Positions 1-12,479 of a stretch of DNA of 64,000 bases are shown here, one piece after another. The DNA is from Callorhinchus milii (lineage: Eukaryota), in the NCBI RefSeq assembly GCF_018977255.1, contig NW_024704743.1, positions 32,056,001 through 32,120,000 of the forward strand. The letters are read 5' to 3'. The notes beneath the pieces were generated by a model, which was given only the letters and a program-made list of their open reading frames with translations, searched no databases and was not told the DNA's origin. Position numbers and translations under genes: made by a program. Numbering within the stretch: the first letter of the stretch is position 1; every line of letters starts with the position of its first letter.

Positions 1-204
1 AAATAGATGCAAGAATGAGAACAGTGATTCATGGAGGAATCAACTTCAATAGGCAGATTGGCCCTTTCACCATTCCTGACATAATTATGATCTTAACGAT
101 AGTTACTCATTAAAATCGCTAGTTGTCAAACCTAACCCATTATATCAGCTGTGTGAAGCTCTGTTACAACCTCTTCTATAATTCAGATATCGTCTCTGAC
201 ATAC

Positions 205-294
205 CTGGGTTCGATTCCAAATGACAGATGCCCTGGAGTGACCTAACTTATTTCGGCAGGGTCCTTTGTCATAATGTCTCAGGAAAATGTCATT
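205..294 (-). CDS. RNF144B: RNF144B coding exon 6; the final transmembrane-encoding exon lies outside the window
   Basis: Manual translation [30 protein letters not shown], 90 nt, ctccag acceptor, gtatgt donor. Confidence 0.96.
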
Positions 295-931
295 CTGGAG
301 AAAACAAAAACAACCTTGGTGTTAGAATTTACATAGATTTACACACTGTACAACATGACTCCTGTGCTAGGTATTGCAAAATATATCAACCAGGCTTCTC
401 TCCCCTGATCACTATTCAGTACCGAGTGGTGAAAGCGTCCCAACTAATTGTAAAGGGCAATTTCAGGAGTTCCTCTTTATTCAGAGAGTAATTAACAACA
501 ACCAAGTTGTCAGGTGGGGTGGTTGAGGCCACACCACTGGATTCATTTAAAAAGCAGCTTGATGCTTTGATGGGTTGATGGTAGGATGAGATCAGATCAA
601 TCCTGTGATCTTGTGAAGTGCGGGCACTGGATGCGGACAGGATAATAATAATAATCCTTGCATTTGATATAGAGCCTTATCATGTCTTCGAGACGTCTCA
701 AAGCGCGTCAAAGAATATACTCTAAAGTGAACTGACTGTATATCTTGTGGGCAAAAGGATCAGACTTAGGCACATTTACTCTCCACAGTCAGATAGACTC
801 ACATTCCAGGTTCCTGTATGGAATATGGTTACTTGGCACAAACAAGACCAATGATTCTCTATCACAATATGAGTGGACTACTGAGTTCCAATGGCCTTGG
901 AATTCATCATCTTTCTGAAGAAGACACTTAC

Positions 932-1076
932 ATCCAAATTTTGAAGGCAATACCAGCAGAAGGTGTGCTTGCAGTTCTTACACATCATTTGAGCGCAGCC
1001 TTCGTTTCGTTCGATGAAGACATGGCACACCGGGCACTGTTTGATGGGAGCATCGGTGTCACTGCTGATCGGAATA
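932..1076 (-). CDS. RNF144B: RNF144B coding exon 5 (RING2, including the catalytic Cys in EGCAQM)
   Basis: [48 protein letters not shown], 145 nt, cctcag acceptor, gtaagt donor. Confidence 0.97.
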
Positions 1077-1956
1077 CTGAGGAACAAACCAGAACAGGAA
1101 AATGAGTTCAAACTGCGTGACTGTGATAGAGCTCACAAACAGAGTGAAAGCAAATCAAACCTATAAATGTGTTATTTGGGACGTTACATATTATGGCATC
1201 TATTATGATGCACATGAGATGATTTCTTAATCTCTACATGAGGTTAATAATCCCTTCAAAAAAAATAATAATAATTTGTGAGGCGAATGCTCTAACCAAA
1301 ACGCTACAGAACCCCACTGCTTGCGCTGGCTCTCTCAAAGATCGATCTGTTCCCTATATGCTTGCTAAATCTTTGAACTTCAGAATGCACTTTGTAGAAT
1401 TATATGGCAACATATGAGTTAATGTTAGCTTGTTAGCCAGCAGCAACATTCGGCTTGCTCTGAACCTCACAGGAAATGTGGCATGATTTCTTGGCTCTGG
1501 TTCAAGCTTTCAAAGTTTTTTTACAAAAGTGAAATAATCAAATGTCAAGAAAGTACTGGATTACCACTCCCTTTCCAACATCCCTTTTTGTACAAAAAAA
1601 AGCATGAAGTCATTTCCATATCTGTATTAAAGAAATCTGCCTCTATTAAGCTACTTCTCAATGTGAAGTGGAAGCATACATTTATACTGATTCAAGCACT
1701 ACTTATATGCAAGGAACCTTACTCATGACAGTAGTAGCACTTTATAGTTTCTCAAAATAACCTTATTTGTACCATGTGAATTCTACCATGTGGTCTTAGC
1801 ATGCAGTTTTAATGTAAAAATTCCTAAGTACTGAATAGGAATTATCTGGATATCTCTTCTTATTCCTTTGAGTTCCCGCTCGATTGTGGCAGCTTTGAAT
1901 TCCTTAATAAGAAATGAAGTTAGAACTACCATTTCTAACTTCGAGAAGTCTGACCT

Positions 1957-2043
1957 GGAATTCCTTTTGGTAAATGGAATGTGACCCTTGGGATCTCAGA
2001 ACAAGATCCCAAGAATCACATTCCATTTACCAAAAGGAATTCC
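1957..2043. repeat. Near-perfect inverted repeat, 40-bp arms, 7-nt loop
   Basis: GGAATTCCTTTTGGTAAATGGAATGTGA-cc-CTTGGGATCT / AGATCCCAAG-aa-TCACATTCCATTTACCAAAAGGAATTCC. Confidence 0.95.
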
Positions 2044-2129
2044 CACTTGTGGGACTCCGATTCCTCACTAAGAAATACAACACAATTTACATTTACTTAG
2101 CGCCTTTGTTGTCCAGATGGCATCTCAAA

Positions 2130-2430
2130 ACAATACTGAAATGTGAAAGATGTCTCAAAGCGCTTCACAGAATATACCATAAAATGAATTGACTGTATAT
2201 TTTGTGGGCGAAACACGGCATCCAATTCCACATAGGAGTGTCCCACAAACAGTTGTGGATTAAAGTGACCAATTTATTATTTTTTTTAAAAAAGGAATTA
2301 TTACCCGCGGAAAAGCCCCGCCAATCGACTAACAACCGGGTTCCTACTTACAGGCGTGTGGAGTAAGGTAATCTGCCCAACATTTCGCGCTGCTGGGAAT
2401 CAAACCCAGGTCTTTCGGCTGTGAGGCTCA
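2130..2430 (-). mobile_element. tRNA(Ala)-headed SINE, long subfamily (head truncated)
   Basis: Aligns by eye to the other copies (ggagtaagg, gtcccacaaacag, aaagcgcttcacagaat). Confidence 0.85.
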
Positions 2431-2755
2431 AATGAGGATCAAATCACTCCTCATCTTTGACATGTTAACACCACATTTGTGTGTGTGTGAGTGTGTGTGT
2501 GTGCGCAGGGGGAGGAGAGGTTGTATCAGCAAAGAAATTAGTCATTTTGATAACCTCTTTCTGGTGACTGCCGGACATTTTAATAAATGCAAGCATTAAT
2601 TATTAATAGCAGATACACAGCCACGCTTATTTCTTCTCCTAGCCCCACCCCTCCCCCACTGACCGAGGAAGGAGATTAAAAATTCCCTCTAAAGCTGCTA
2701 TATTTCTCATATTTCACAATGCAAGGTCACGTTTAGATCTTTGTGAATCTCTTAC

Positions 2756-2966
2756 CCACTGTCCTCTACGTTGGAGGCCGTGATTGGCAGGCTCTCCTGG
2801 CACGTTTGCCCCGGATGCCAGCCGGCCTTGCAGACGGAACAAAACTGTGTGTGGCAGGAGGGGCAATTCACTTGCACAGGCCGGTCGGAATCAGATGCTT
2901 CAACCTGGCACACAGCCTGGCACTGAGATTCAGGACACCACGTTCTGAAGGGATCAAGATGAACTT
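2756..2966 (-). CDS. RNF144B: RNF144B coding exon 4 (IBR domain)
   Basis: (E)VHLDPFRTWCPESQCQAVC...CPSCHTQFCSVCKAGWHPGQTC...EDS(G), 211 nt, tttgtag acceptor, gtaaga donor; IBR Cys/His pattern. Confidence 0.96.
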
Positions 2967-5900
2967 CTACAAACAAAGCATAGGACATGTCAAGTAAATT
3001 CTTATCACTGCTAATTTATTATTAAATACTAACTAGTTTCAACAATAGCCTTTAACAAAACAAGATCAAATTTTACAACTTGTAGCACTCCTATTTCCAC
3101 TCCTAAACCCTGAAATTTCTCATGGTCTTAGCCTTCATACTGTTGTGTGGAGTTTTAGACATTTTTTTAAACTCAAGTCTTAATATGGAAGCGGGTTTCC
3201 TACATTGCTTCTTAAAGCAATAATAATCGTTGCATTTGATATAGCAAATTCTTATTTAAAAATCACTTTAAAGTTATTTAAATTATTTAAAACCTATTTG
3301 CAAATTAAAGCTGAATTACATTGGTAATTGAAAATAATAATGATCCTTGCATTTGATGTAGCGCCTCATCATGTCTTCGAGACATCTCAAAGCTCTTCAC
3401 AGAATATACTGTAAAGCGAATTGACTGTATATTTTGAGGGCAAAACGCGGCAGCCAATTGTGACAGCAGTGTCCCACAAGCAGACGTGGATTGAGTAACC
3501 AAATTGCTGTTATTATTATTATTGTTATTTTGGAAGAGATTATTACCCCCAGAAAAGCGATCCACTTAAGGCACTTAAGGGTAAGACAATGAAGGATTTC
3601 AGGCTCTTGCTATCTCCAAATATGTTGAATTATGATTTTAGTTGACCCACTGAGACATGCATCAACATTGGCAAGAGGCCTTTAGCATTGCCATCAATTT
3701 AATTCTAAGCCCCTTTCCCAGTGAACTGATTGCAAAATTCTTTTATTGCTCTGCCTCATGACATTGGCACCAGCTGCAGCCAGGATGAGGATGTGCGTGA
3801 AGGCTGCACAATGGGGTCGACCTTGCAATATTTATACATCAAGTGGTAGAAATTCCAATTATTGTAACGTTTCAGAACATCAAGAATTTGTCAAGATTCT
3901 TAAGAAGTGTTTAATATTGAAGCCAGTTTTCTGTAAGTTTTTTTGAAGTACAGAAAAGGGGCTGCAAAGTTAAAAATTCAATAATTTGCTAAATTCTGAA
4001 TACGCTGAAAGGCTGCATTAATACAGTAAATCTAAACCCAGGTGGAGTTTTACCCCACAGCTATTGTTGCGTTCACTCGCGAGCTTTGTAAGCAGTGGAA
4101 GCTGTTCGATTCGTGAGATTCGGAAAAATGCTGAATTCCAAGACTGATCATTGGCTGTTTTATTCAAGCTTTCCCAGTCATTAGGATTCACCAGTTCTCT
4201 GCTGAGGGCTCAAACCTACACTTGTCATATGTTAAATGCCCAACTTAAACGGGTTCTCCTTGGAGCTAAATTGGCTCCAAAGCTCTTTTCGTGCCATGGG
4301 ATTAAAATAATTGCTCTTAAAAGAAACAGCAGACATGATGATGAGCCAAATGCCTCTTCTGTACTGTAAATTTATATGGTTCTAAGGTGACATGCTTGGC
4401 AAAGGGCTACTGATGAGATAACAACCATCTTTGCTCAATGTCAGGACTTGGAGAGACAGACTGGGGGCAGGAATTCTTCCCACTCAGCTCCTGTTAACCC
4501 TGCAATCCAAAGCCCTAACTGGTACAGTGGTTCAAGGCAGCCAAGCAGGAGGAAGCTTACAACGTAGTGCTTTCAATGGCAAGTGGCTTTGGCAAGTCAA
4601 TTTTGTGGAAATTTCCACGTGTAAGTGAGATGCATGGAGTCTGGTTTGGATACTCTTAAGCATGGTGATGTGTCAGACATCCGGTTGACAAAAAAAGTTT
4701 GTGTAATTGCATAAATTAAAAAAAAAACTTCTGATTTTTTGTAAACCAGAAGTCGCAAAATCCAGTGTACAAATATTGCAAATTAGACTCCAATGTCAAG
4801 ATTATTGCAGCTAGTGATGGGAAGAATTTCCTTACACCTATTGTTATTTTTCTAAGATGAGCTTGAAGTTAGAATTACATTTTGTTTTATATATCTTGCT
4901 TGCAGTATTAAATCCCATCGTTATTCTCAATATTTATCAATTAAATAGCCAATACTTCAGCATTCAGGTTAGTTACAGTGCCCACCAGAATTGGGACAGG
5001 GTAACGGAAATGACAGAAGGATCTAAACATAGAGAAAACTTTGTAAACTCATCTTTAACTTTTCTAATACTGTCCCAAATAAAATAGGACAGGCAACCTT
5101 TTGAATGACTGTTCATGCCCAGTCCCTTGTTCCCTTATTGCAATGTAAAAAAAAACCTGTTAGAATATGCTTGCAATTTCAGCAAGCACCATTTAGTGAT
5201 GTTTGCCAACAGAAAGAAGTGCCTGGTAATGTAAACTGTACTGAGCGTGGCATTTTCTGAGGGAAAAGTCATGGACATCACAGCAATGTGCAAAACAGCA
5301 AATAAGATCTTAATTGAATTTCAGAAAGTAAATTCAGCACAATATATGTTTTGTCAGTAGAACAAGAGAACACAGGTTTAATGTTACAAGGGGCAATTTC
5401 AGGACAGATACCAGGAAGGTGATTCAGGGTAGGACACTGAATTCATATAATAAACAGCTTGATGCGATAATAGAAAGATGGTTTGCGGGTATTCTGGAAA
5501 AATATGATAAAATGAGCCAAAGGGCCTTCTTTATCCAAACCAATCTTGTGATTTTGTGAAAACTTAGACAATCTTGGTTGGAGCCAAGATCTTGCAAGTT
5601 TGCATGACGTGCAGAAAATGCAGTTGAGATTACAAGGCGTCTTTTCCCGTGGCGAGCCACTTTTCTGAGTAACACATTATCAGTCTCGCATTGGGTGTAT
5701 CCACCTGGTCAAAGGATACTCTGGTGGCAGTGGAAGATGCATGAGAGCTCTGTGTGGTTGCTTACAGAGCCAGAAATTATTCCACGAACACCTGGCCTTA
5801 TGAAAACTCCCAAGTGAAATCATTCCCATTTCCCATAGATTGAGGTGAGATACATCTCAGCACTTCGGATAATTTCTTGAAAGTGGGACGGTTATTTTTG

Positions 5901-7265
5901 TATTCTACAAAAGGGTAGTTATTCTATATTTCTTTCTATAATGATTGTTCATGTAGAGTCTCTGGTCATATGTAACACAGTTACTGTGGCATCATTAGCC
6001 CCTCCGCCCAAAGTAGCCCTGTACTCGGTCACGTTCAAATGGCTCTTTGAGGCTACCTGATGGCAATTGAAAATTGGTTGCCCAGATGTATCCATAAACC
6101 ATGTGTATAAAGATTGAGCTGCTTCCTCTATATTCTGATATTTAGCTCAAATATCTTAGGGGATCAGAGACTATTTATGCAGATCTTGCCACAGTTTATG
6201 TAAAATCTATTCTATTGTAGATAGTCCACATTAATTTGCATAGACTGTGGCATCAGTAAGGCCGAATTGTCTTTTCTCAACACCATGCTTAAGAGTATCC
6301 AAACCAAAGTGAGATTTCCATGCATCACACCTACACATGGAAATCCTAGGAAATCACAGCTGCACCCTCTCTCTCTGGAGGGACGCATCCTGCTTACCTA
6401 ATTCTGGAAAGTAATAGGCGCAAGTTGGCAATAGCCAAGGCTTGAGGACCCCAGAGTGTCTGTTCGGGTCCTGCTGGAGTCTAACCAGCTAAAACCGCAT
6501 AGCTTGCCATTGATATTGCTGTCTGGCATGCTTTCCTGCTGCTTGTCCAGCTAGGACCACACTACCCATCGGAGCTTTGGCTTGCAAGTCTGCATGAACA
6601 AAGTGGGAACTGAATGGGGATTTCTGGTAATGGTGTGATCTCGACATGATCGCACCACACAATGGAACTATGACTGAAGAAAGAACAATGGCCTTATTCA
6701 TCCCTATTCTACCGAACTGAGTTAGAATATGCTTTCTAATTTATTATTTATTATTAGAATTTGGGTTAACTGCTTGTCTCTCAAGTATTCTCTGAATTGT
6801 ACATGAATAGCCAGCAAAGCAGTCGCAGAATGTTTGTGAATAACAATGAGGACTAAGCAGAAAGAATCACCGATAGGGGAGGATATGCAAAACCAAGCTT
6901 CCAAGCCAATTCTCAATCTTAAATGTACTGAGCTTGGCAGGTGAGCACAACTCTCTCTCTTGGTCTATCAATGTAATGATCAGCAGTGAATAACAGCCAC
7001 TTGTCTGCATATGTCAGTACATTTAGCGAGTATTATTCCCATCCCCCACCCATTTCCCCAATCTTTAGCTTTCAAGCATGTCAAAATATTTTAGCAATCT
7101 CCCATATCGTAACAATCAATATTGCGCCTGACTCCCTCCCGCCTGTTACAGTCGCCAATTAAGTGAGGCTGATGCTGCTTTGCACTATGTACTTTGTGCT
7201 TTGTTAGTGGCTTGGAAGCAAAAGCATCCCCTAATGGAGAGAATTATTATGAACAAGTTGCACAC

Positions 7266-7326
7266 CTCGGTCACATTTCAGTTTCTGGTACAGCTGGAGC
7301 AGATCAGCAGGGACCAAACATGTAAT
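7266..7326 (-). CDS. RNF144B: RNF144B coding exon 3 (RING1-IBR linker)
   Basis: Manual translation ITCLVPADLLQLYQKLKCDR+G, 61 nt, gtttcag acceptor, gtgtgc donor. Phase 1 fits the next exon. Confidence 0.92.
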
Positions 7327-7409
7327 CTGAAACAAACATAAAATACAAACAAGTTATAAATAGATCCTGAAAAAAAATTAAAGGTATATTGCATCTCAAT
7401 GATAACTAC

Positions 7410-7573
7410 TTTTAAAAACGTGGTGGATGGGTATTTGAGGAGCACAGGTTTGCAGGGTTATGGCGAAAAGGCTGGGGAGTGGGATTGACATTAATTGCTC
7501 TATTCAAAGAGCCGGCACAAACTCGATGGGCCGAATGGTCTCTTTTTGTGCTGTTCAATTCTATGATTCTATG
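7410..7573 (+). mobile_element. CR1 3' tail
   Basis: gatgggccgaatgg... followed by (ATTCTATG)2, the CR1 terminal octamer. Confidence 0.8.
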
Positions 7574-8159
7574 AACACATAAACATTGTGGGGGTGTATT
7601 TTGACCACTTGTCAACAGGAACCGTTTGTTGCCACCTCCTGCCAACGCAGACAGTGGAAGTTGTATAGTGACTCTGGGTCTCTGGGGAAGCAGAGCATCA
7701 CAGCTACTGACCCACAGATCTTTTATTCATGGCCAAAGCCTGTAAAAGTAAGGCCAGCCAGTAGCTCACTCACCCCCGGCACTGTGCTCGTCATGAACTT
7801 TCTGAGCCAATTATTCCATCTTTCCTTATTTCCATAATTCCAGTCTTCAATATATCACTACCAAGCACACCAATGGCAAGTTTCTTATTTCTAAACCGAT
7901 TTAAACCAACCCAGTCATCTTAAGAGTCTACAAGATCAATGGAGACATTTAGATGAATTCGGATTTAGATTTGTTTGATCTTACTCTTCCAGAATGCCCA
8001 CCCTACTATTCTTCCATCACAGCATGAAGCCATTTCTCAAGTGAGTCCTGGTCTCAACCACCCTTCCTGATAACTTCTTCCAGTTGGTTATTACCATTGT
8101 TGTAACATAGGCCATAATACAGAGCTAAAAAGGAGCAAGCCCACCAGTCCACAACTTAT

Positions 8160-8580
8160 AATAATAACATAATAATAATATAATAATACTTGCATTTGAT
8201 ATAGTGCCTTATCGGGTCTTCTAGGCGTCTCAAAGTGCTTCACAGAATATACTGTAAAGTGAATTGACTGTATATTTTGTGGGTGAAACGCAGCAGCCAA
8301 TTGCGCACAGCAGTGTCCCACAAACAGTCATGGATTTGAAGGAATTATTACCCCCGGAAAAGTAATCTGCCAATCAACTAACATCCGGATTCCTACTTAC
8401 TGCTAGGGAAACAGAGGCGTGTGGAGTAAGGAAACTTGCCCAACGTTTTGCCCTGCCGGGAATCGATCCCAGGTCTCTCACTTATGAGGCGAGTGCTCTA
8501 ATCAAAACACTACAGAACTCCACTGCTTGTGCTGGCTCTCTGAAATAGTGATGCGTTACTACTGAACTACAGGATTCCAC
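8160..8580 (-). mobile_element. tRNA(Ala)-headed SINE, long subfamily, with an extra 5' head
   Basis: Full body, (ATT)n tail, and a second partial head at 8524-8580. Confidence 0.9.
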
Positions 8581-8994
8581 ACTGCATTCACAAGGCATAT
8601 GATGCTCATAAAATATTAACATTCAAAAAATAGGCTGATGATCTGGAAATAAAAAATCAAACAGTATAAAATTATTGTGGAATGTTGTTCTGTGGACAAA
8701 CGTGGCAGCTATTCTGTACCAGGAACAACCCTCAAGAGTGAAAGCAAAATTTGAAAAAGAAAGAAAAATAGAAGATAAAGAAAAAAGAGAAAAATATAAT
8801 AAAATAAGTACAAATAAAATAGGAGAGGAGCGTAACTGCAGAAATAATATCTCTGGCTCTCAGAAAGATCGATCCTTGCTCATTAATATTGAATGGGACT
8901 GAAAGCCTGTAAACAATCAGAATACCAGCACCTACATGAACCTTATAACCTCATTATCAACAGTCCCCACTCAGATTTTAAATATTACAAACAT

Positions 8995-10770
8995 CAACAA
9001 CAACAACAAGCTTTAATTTATAGAGCGCCTTTCACGTCGGGAGGATGTCCCAAGGCGCTGTACAGTTGGGTCAGGACCCGAGCGGGGGGGAAATGGTCAG
9101 GGTGAAGGGAGGGAAGGGAGGCAGCGAGGAGGGGGTAGAGAGTCGAGAGGGGAGCTGAAGGCACGGTCAAAGAGAAAGGTCTTGAGACCGGCCTTGAAGG
9201 AGGAAAGGGAGGAGGCGGCGAAGGCACTGGGAGATGGAGTTCCAGAGCCTCAGGGCTGAGAGGCTGAAGGCCCGGCCACCGATGGTAGGGCGGTTGGGGC
9301 GGGGGATGTGGAGCAGACTGGAGCCAGAGGAACGGAGGGTACGGGCAGGTAGGTAGGGGGATAGTAGGTCGGAGAGGTAGGAGGGAGCAAGGCTGTGAAT
9401 GGCCTTGTAGGTGAGGATGAGGATCTTGAATTCGATCCTCTGGGGGATGGGGAGCCAGTGGAGGCGAGCGAGGGTGGGAGTGATGTGGTCCCGAAGCCTG
9501 GTGCGGGACAGTACACGAGCTGCAGAGTTCTGAATGACCTGCAGCTTGTGGAAGGAGGTGCCGGGAAGGCCGGCGAGGAGAGAGTTCCCATAGTCCAGCC
9601 TTGAGGTGATAAAGGCGTGGACCAGGGTTTCAGCAGCGTGAGGGGTGAGGTAGTGCCGTAGTCTGGCGATGTTCCGGAGGTGATGGAAGGCGGTGCCAGT
9701 TGTGGTGCGGATATGAGGAAGAAAGGACAGCTCAGGGTCGAACAAAACGCCGAGGTTCCTGACTGGCTTTGAGAGGTGGAGAGTGCAGCCTTGGATGCTG
9801 ATGGTGTCAGCGCCTGAGGTGCGGAGGCGCTGACGTGAGCCAATCAGGAGGGCCTCAGTTTTGCGCACGTTGAGCTGAAGAAAGTTGTCTCTCGTCCAGG
9901 ACTCGATGTCGGACAGACAGGCTGTCAGGACATCGGGGGTCGTGGAGTTGAGAGTAGAGGAGGAAAGGTAGAGTTGGGTGTCATCCGCATACATGTGGAA
10001 GTTAACCCCATGTCTGCGGATGATGTCACCAAGGGGGAGCATATAGAGGGTGAAGAGGAGGGGACCGAGGACAGAGCCCTGAGGGACACCGCACGAGACA
10101 GTGCGGGGGCTGGAGGAAAAGCCATTTGTGGAAACAAAATGAAGACGGTGGGAGAGGTACGACCTAAACCACTCAAGGACAGGGCCTTGAAGGTTGAGGT
10201 GGGAGGACAAGCGGTGGAGGAGGATAGCGTGGTCGACCGTATCGAAAGCGGCTGATAGGTCGAGGAGGACGAGGAGGCAGAGGGAGCCCTGGTCACAGAT
10301 GGTCAGGATGTCATTAGTGACCTTGACCAGGGCGGTTTCTGTGCTATTGGCAGCACGGAAACCAGACTGAAGGGGTTTGAATAATGAATGGGTGGAGAGG
10401 AAAGAGAGCAGTTGGGAGGCGACGACTCTTTCGAGGACCTTGGACAGGAAGGGGAGGTTGGAGATGGGCCGGTAGCTTAATAGCTGCGATGCATCAAGGG
10501 AGGGTTTTTTCAAAGTGGGAGTGATGGTGGCAGTTTTTAGGGGAATGGGAACAGAGCCAGAGGAGAGGGACAGGTTGATGATGTCTGTGAGAAATGGGGC
10601 AAGGAGGTGGAGCTGGGAGATAAGGAGTGGAGTGGGGATGGGGTCAAGGGAGCAGGTGGTGGGTTTCAGGGACAGGATGAGTTTGGTGACAGAGGGTGGG
10701 GAAACGGGTTCGAAGGTGTGTACGGGAGGGTGGGTAGGAGTCAGAGTGTGGGAGGGAAGGGGTGGGGGAT
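8995..10770 (-). mobile_element. Young 5'-truncated L2-clade LINE with open reverse-transcriptase frame
   Basis: 538-aa ORF with [41 protein letters not shown] and YADDTQLY motifs; no endonuclease domain; 3' stem-loop and (GTT)n tail. Confidence 0.95.
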
Positions 10771-11759
10771 ACCAACATAACATCAGAAGATGTTATGTTG
10801 GTACATTGTTGTAAATTTCATCTATTCCTCCCATTTCAATTGCATTCCCTCCCCTCCCTGTGTGAGAGCAAACAAACCTAATCCCATTTCAACAGAGCAT
10901 TCTCTGCAGCATTAGTGCACGCAAGCCTTCCTATTCGTGCAAGTATGCAAATACCTGCTCAATTAAGAAAGATGACACCTTCACATCTCTATACATGCAA
11001 AATGGACCTGGCACACTTAATAATAATATTAGCATTTGAGTTAGTACTTTTCATGCAAGGATCATGTCTCAAAGTGCTTCACAGGATATACCGTAACATA
11101 GAGTCACTGCTTTTTATAGACAAGTACAACAGCCAACTTGCCCACGGCACAAACAGCTAGGAAGAAAATGACTAGTTTTATCTTGGGGATTGTTGGCCAA
11201 ATAAAAATCAGGAAAAACTCTTTTCTTTTTTTCAAATAGTATCACGAGATCTTTAACACCCACCTGTACATCTAGGCAGGACCTTGATTTAACATCTCAT
11301 CTGAAGGACAGCACTCTCTATATTGGAGTGTCAACCTACACTATGTCAGGTCAAAATCCTGATTTGAGCTTGAACCAACAACCTTCTGGACTTACCGGTA
11401 AAAATGCTACCAACTGAACCAAGCTAACACCATTTAATAGAATAGAAACTGGGAATCCATATAAGTTTATACTTTAGTTTTATACACATGTCTCTGTGCT
11501 TTTGAGCACTCCATTGAAGAATAATTGTATTTTTATAGTGCTTATAACATCAAAATATCCAACATGCTAACATTAATCAATGTGACGTGTAGTAACTTTT
11601 TTTTAAGACAAACATGACAGCCATTTTGCATGCAGCAAAGTTCCACCAGCAGCCATGAAGTAAATAACCAATTTATCTGGAGCATTTTGGTCAGAGCCTG
11701 AGGAGAAACTCACTTCTCTTTTTAAGTAGTGTAATACAAATAAATAAATACAACTAATT

Positions 11760-12100
11760 ATATAATAATAATAATCCTTACATTTGATATAGTCCCTTAT
11801 CACATCGTTGAGATGTCTCAAAGGGCTTCACAGAATATATTGTAAAGTGGATTGATTGTATATTTGTGGGCAAAATGCGGCAGCCAATTGTGCACAGTAG
11901 TGTCCCACAAACAGTCATGAATTGAATGTTGTTGGAAAGATTAAAAAGTGATCCAACAATCGATTAACAACTGGTAGGAAATTGCTAGGAAAACAAGCGT
12001 GTGGAGTAAGGAAACTTGCCTAACATTTCACCCCGCCCGAAAATCTAACCCGGGTTCTCTCGCTTGCAAGGTGAATGGCACTAGAATATGGGACTCTACA
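11760..12100 (-). mobile_element. tRNA(Ala)-headed SINE, long subfamily, diverged
   Basis: Family motifs and (ATT)n tail. Confidence 0.85.
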
Positions 12101-12479
12101 TATTTTTATATCAATAACCAGCAGACAACAAACATTTCTCCCCTTCAGTCTGGGTTGGATTTGAACCCACATCTGAGAAGTAAAAGGTCAAGGCCTTGTT
12201 CCCATGCTGGGAATTTTTAGATTCATTCAAACTTTCTTTGTGATTAAAAAGGAGCAATATCCAGAAACAAGAAGTGAAAGAGAAAAAAATCCCAAAGCGG
12301 ATAATGGTAAAGTGCAAGAATTTTAAAGCAATGTTCCTGACATCAGTTCTGACAGACACAGAAAGTAATATTTCCTCAGGGTTACGGTACCTTGGCTATT
12401 GAATTTGAAACTAGTTTAGATATTGTCCTAGAAAAATATAACTCCTTGGCAAATTTATTACAACAACAATTTTATGTTT

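Noticed and set aside
203..219. GGTTCGATTCC B-box match on the plus strand
   Set aside because: It is the antisense of the conserved WNRTQ codons of RNF144B, with no A box or SINE body; coincidence.
9250..10814. Overlapping alternate-frame and antisense ORFs within L2 copies
   Set aside because: By-products of the C-rich LINE coding strand; no independent support.
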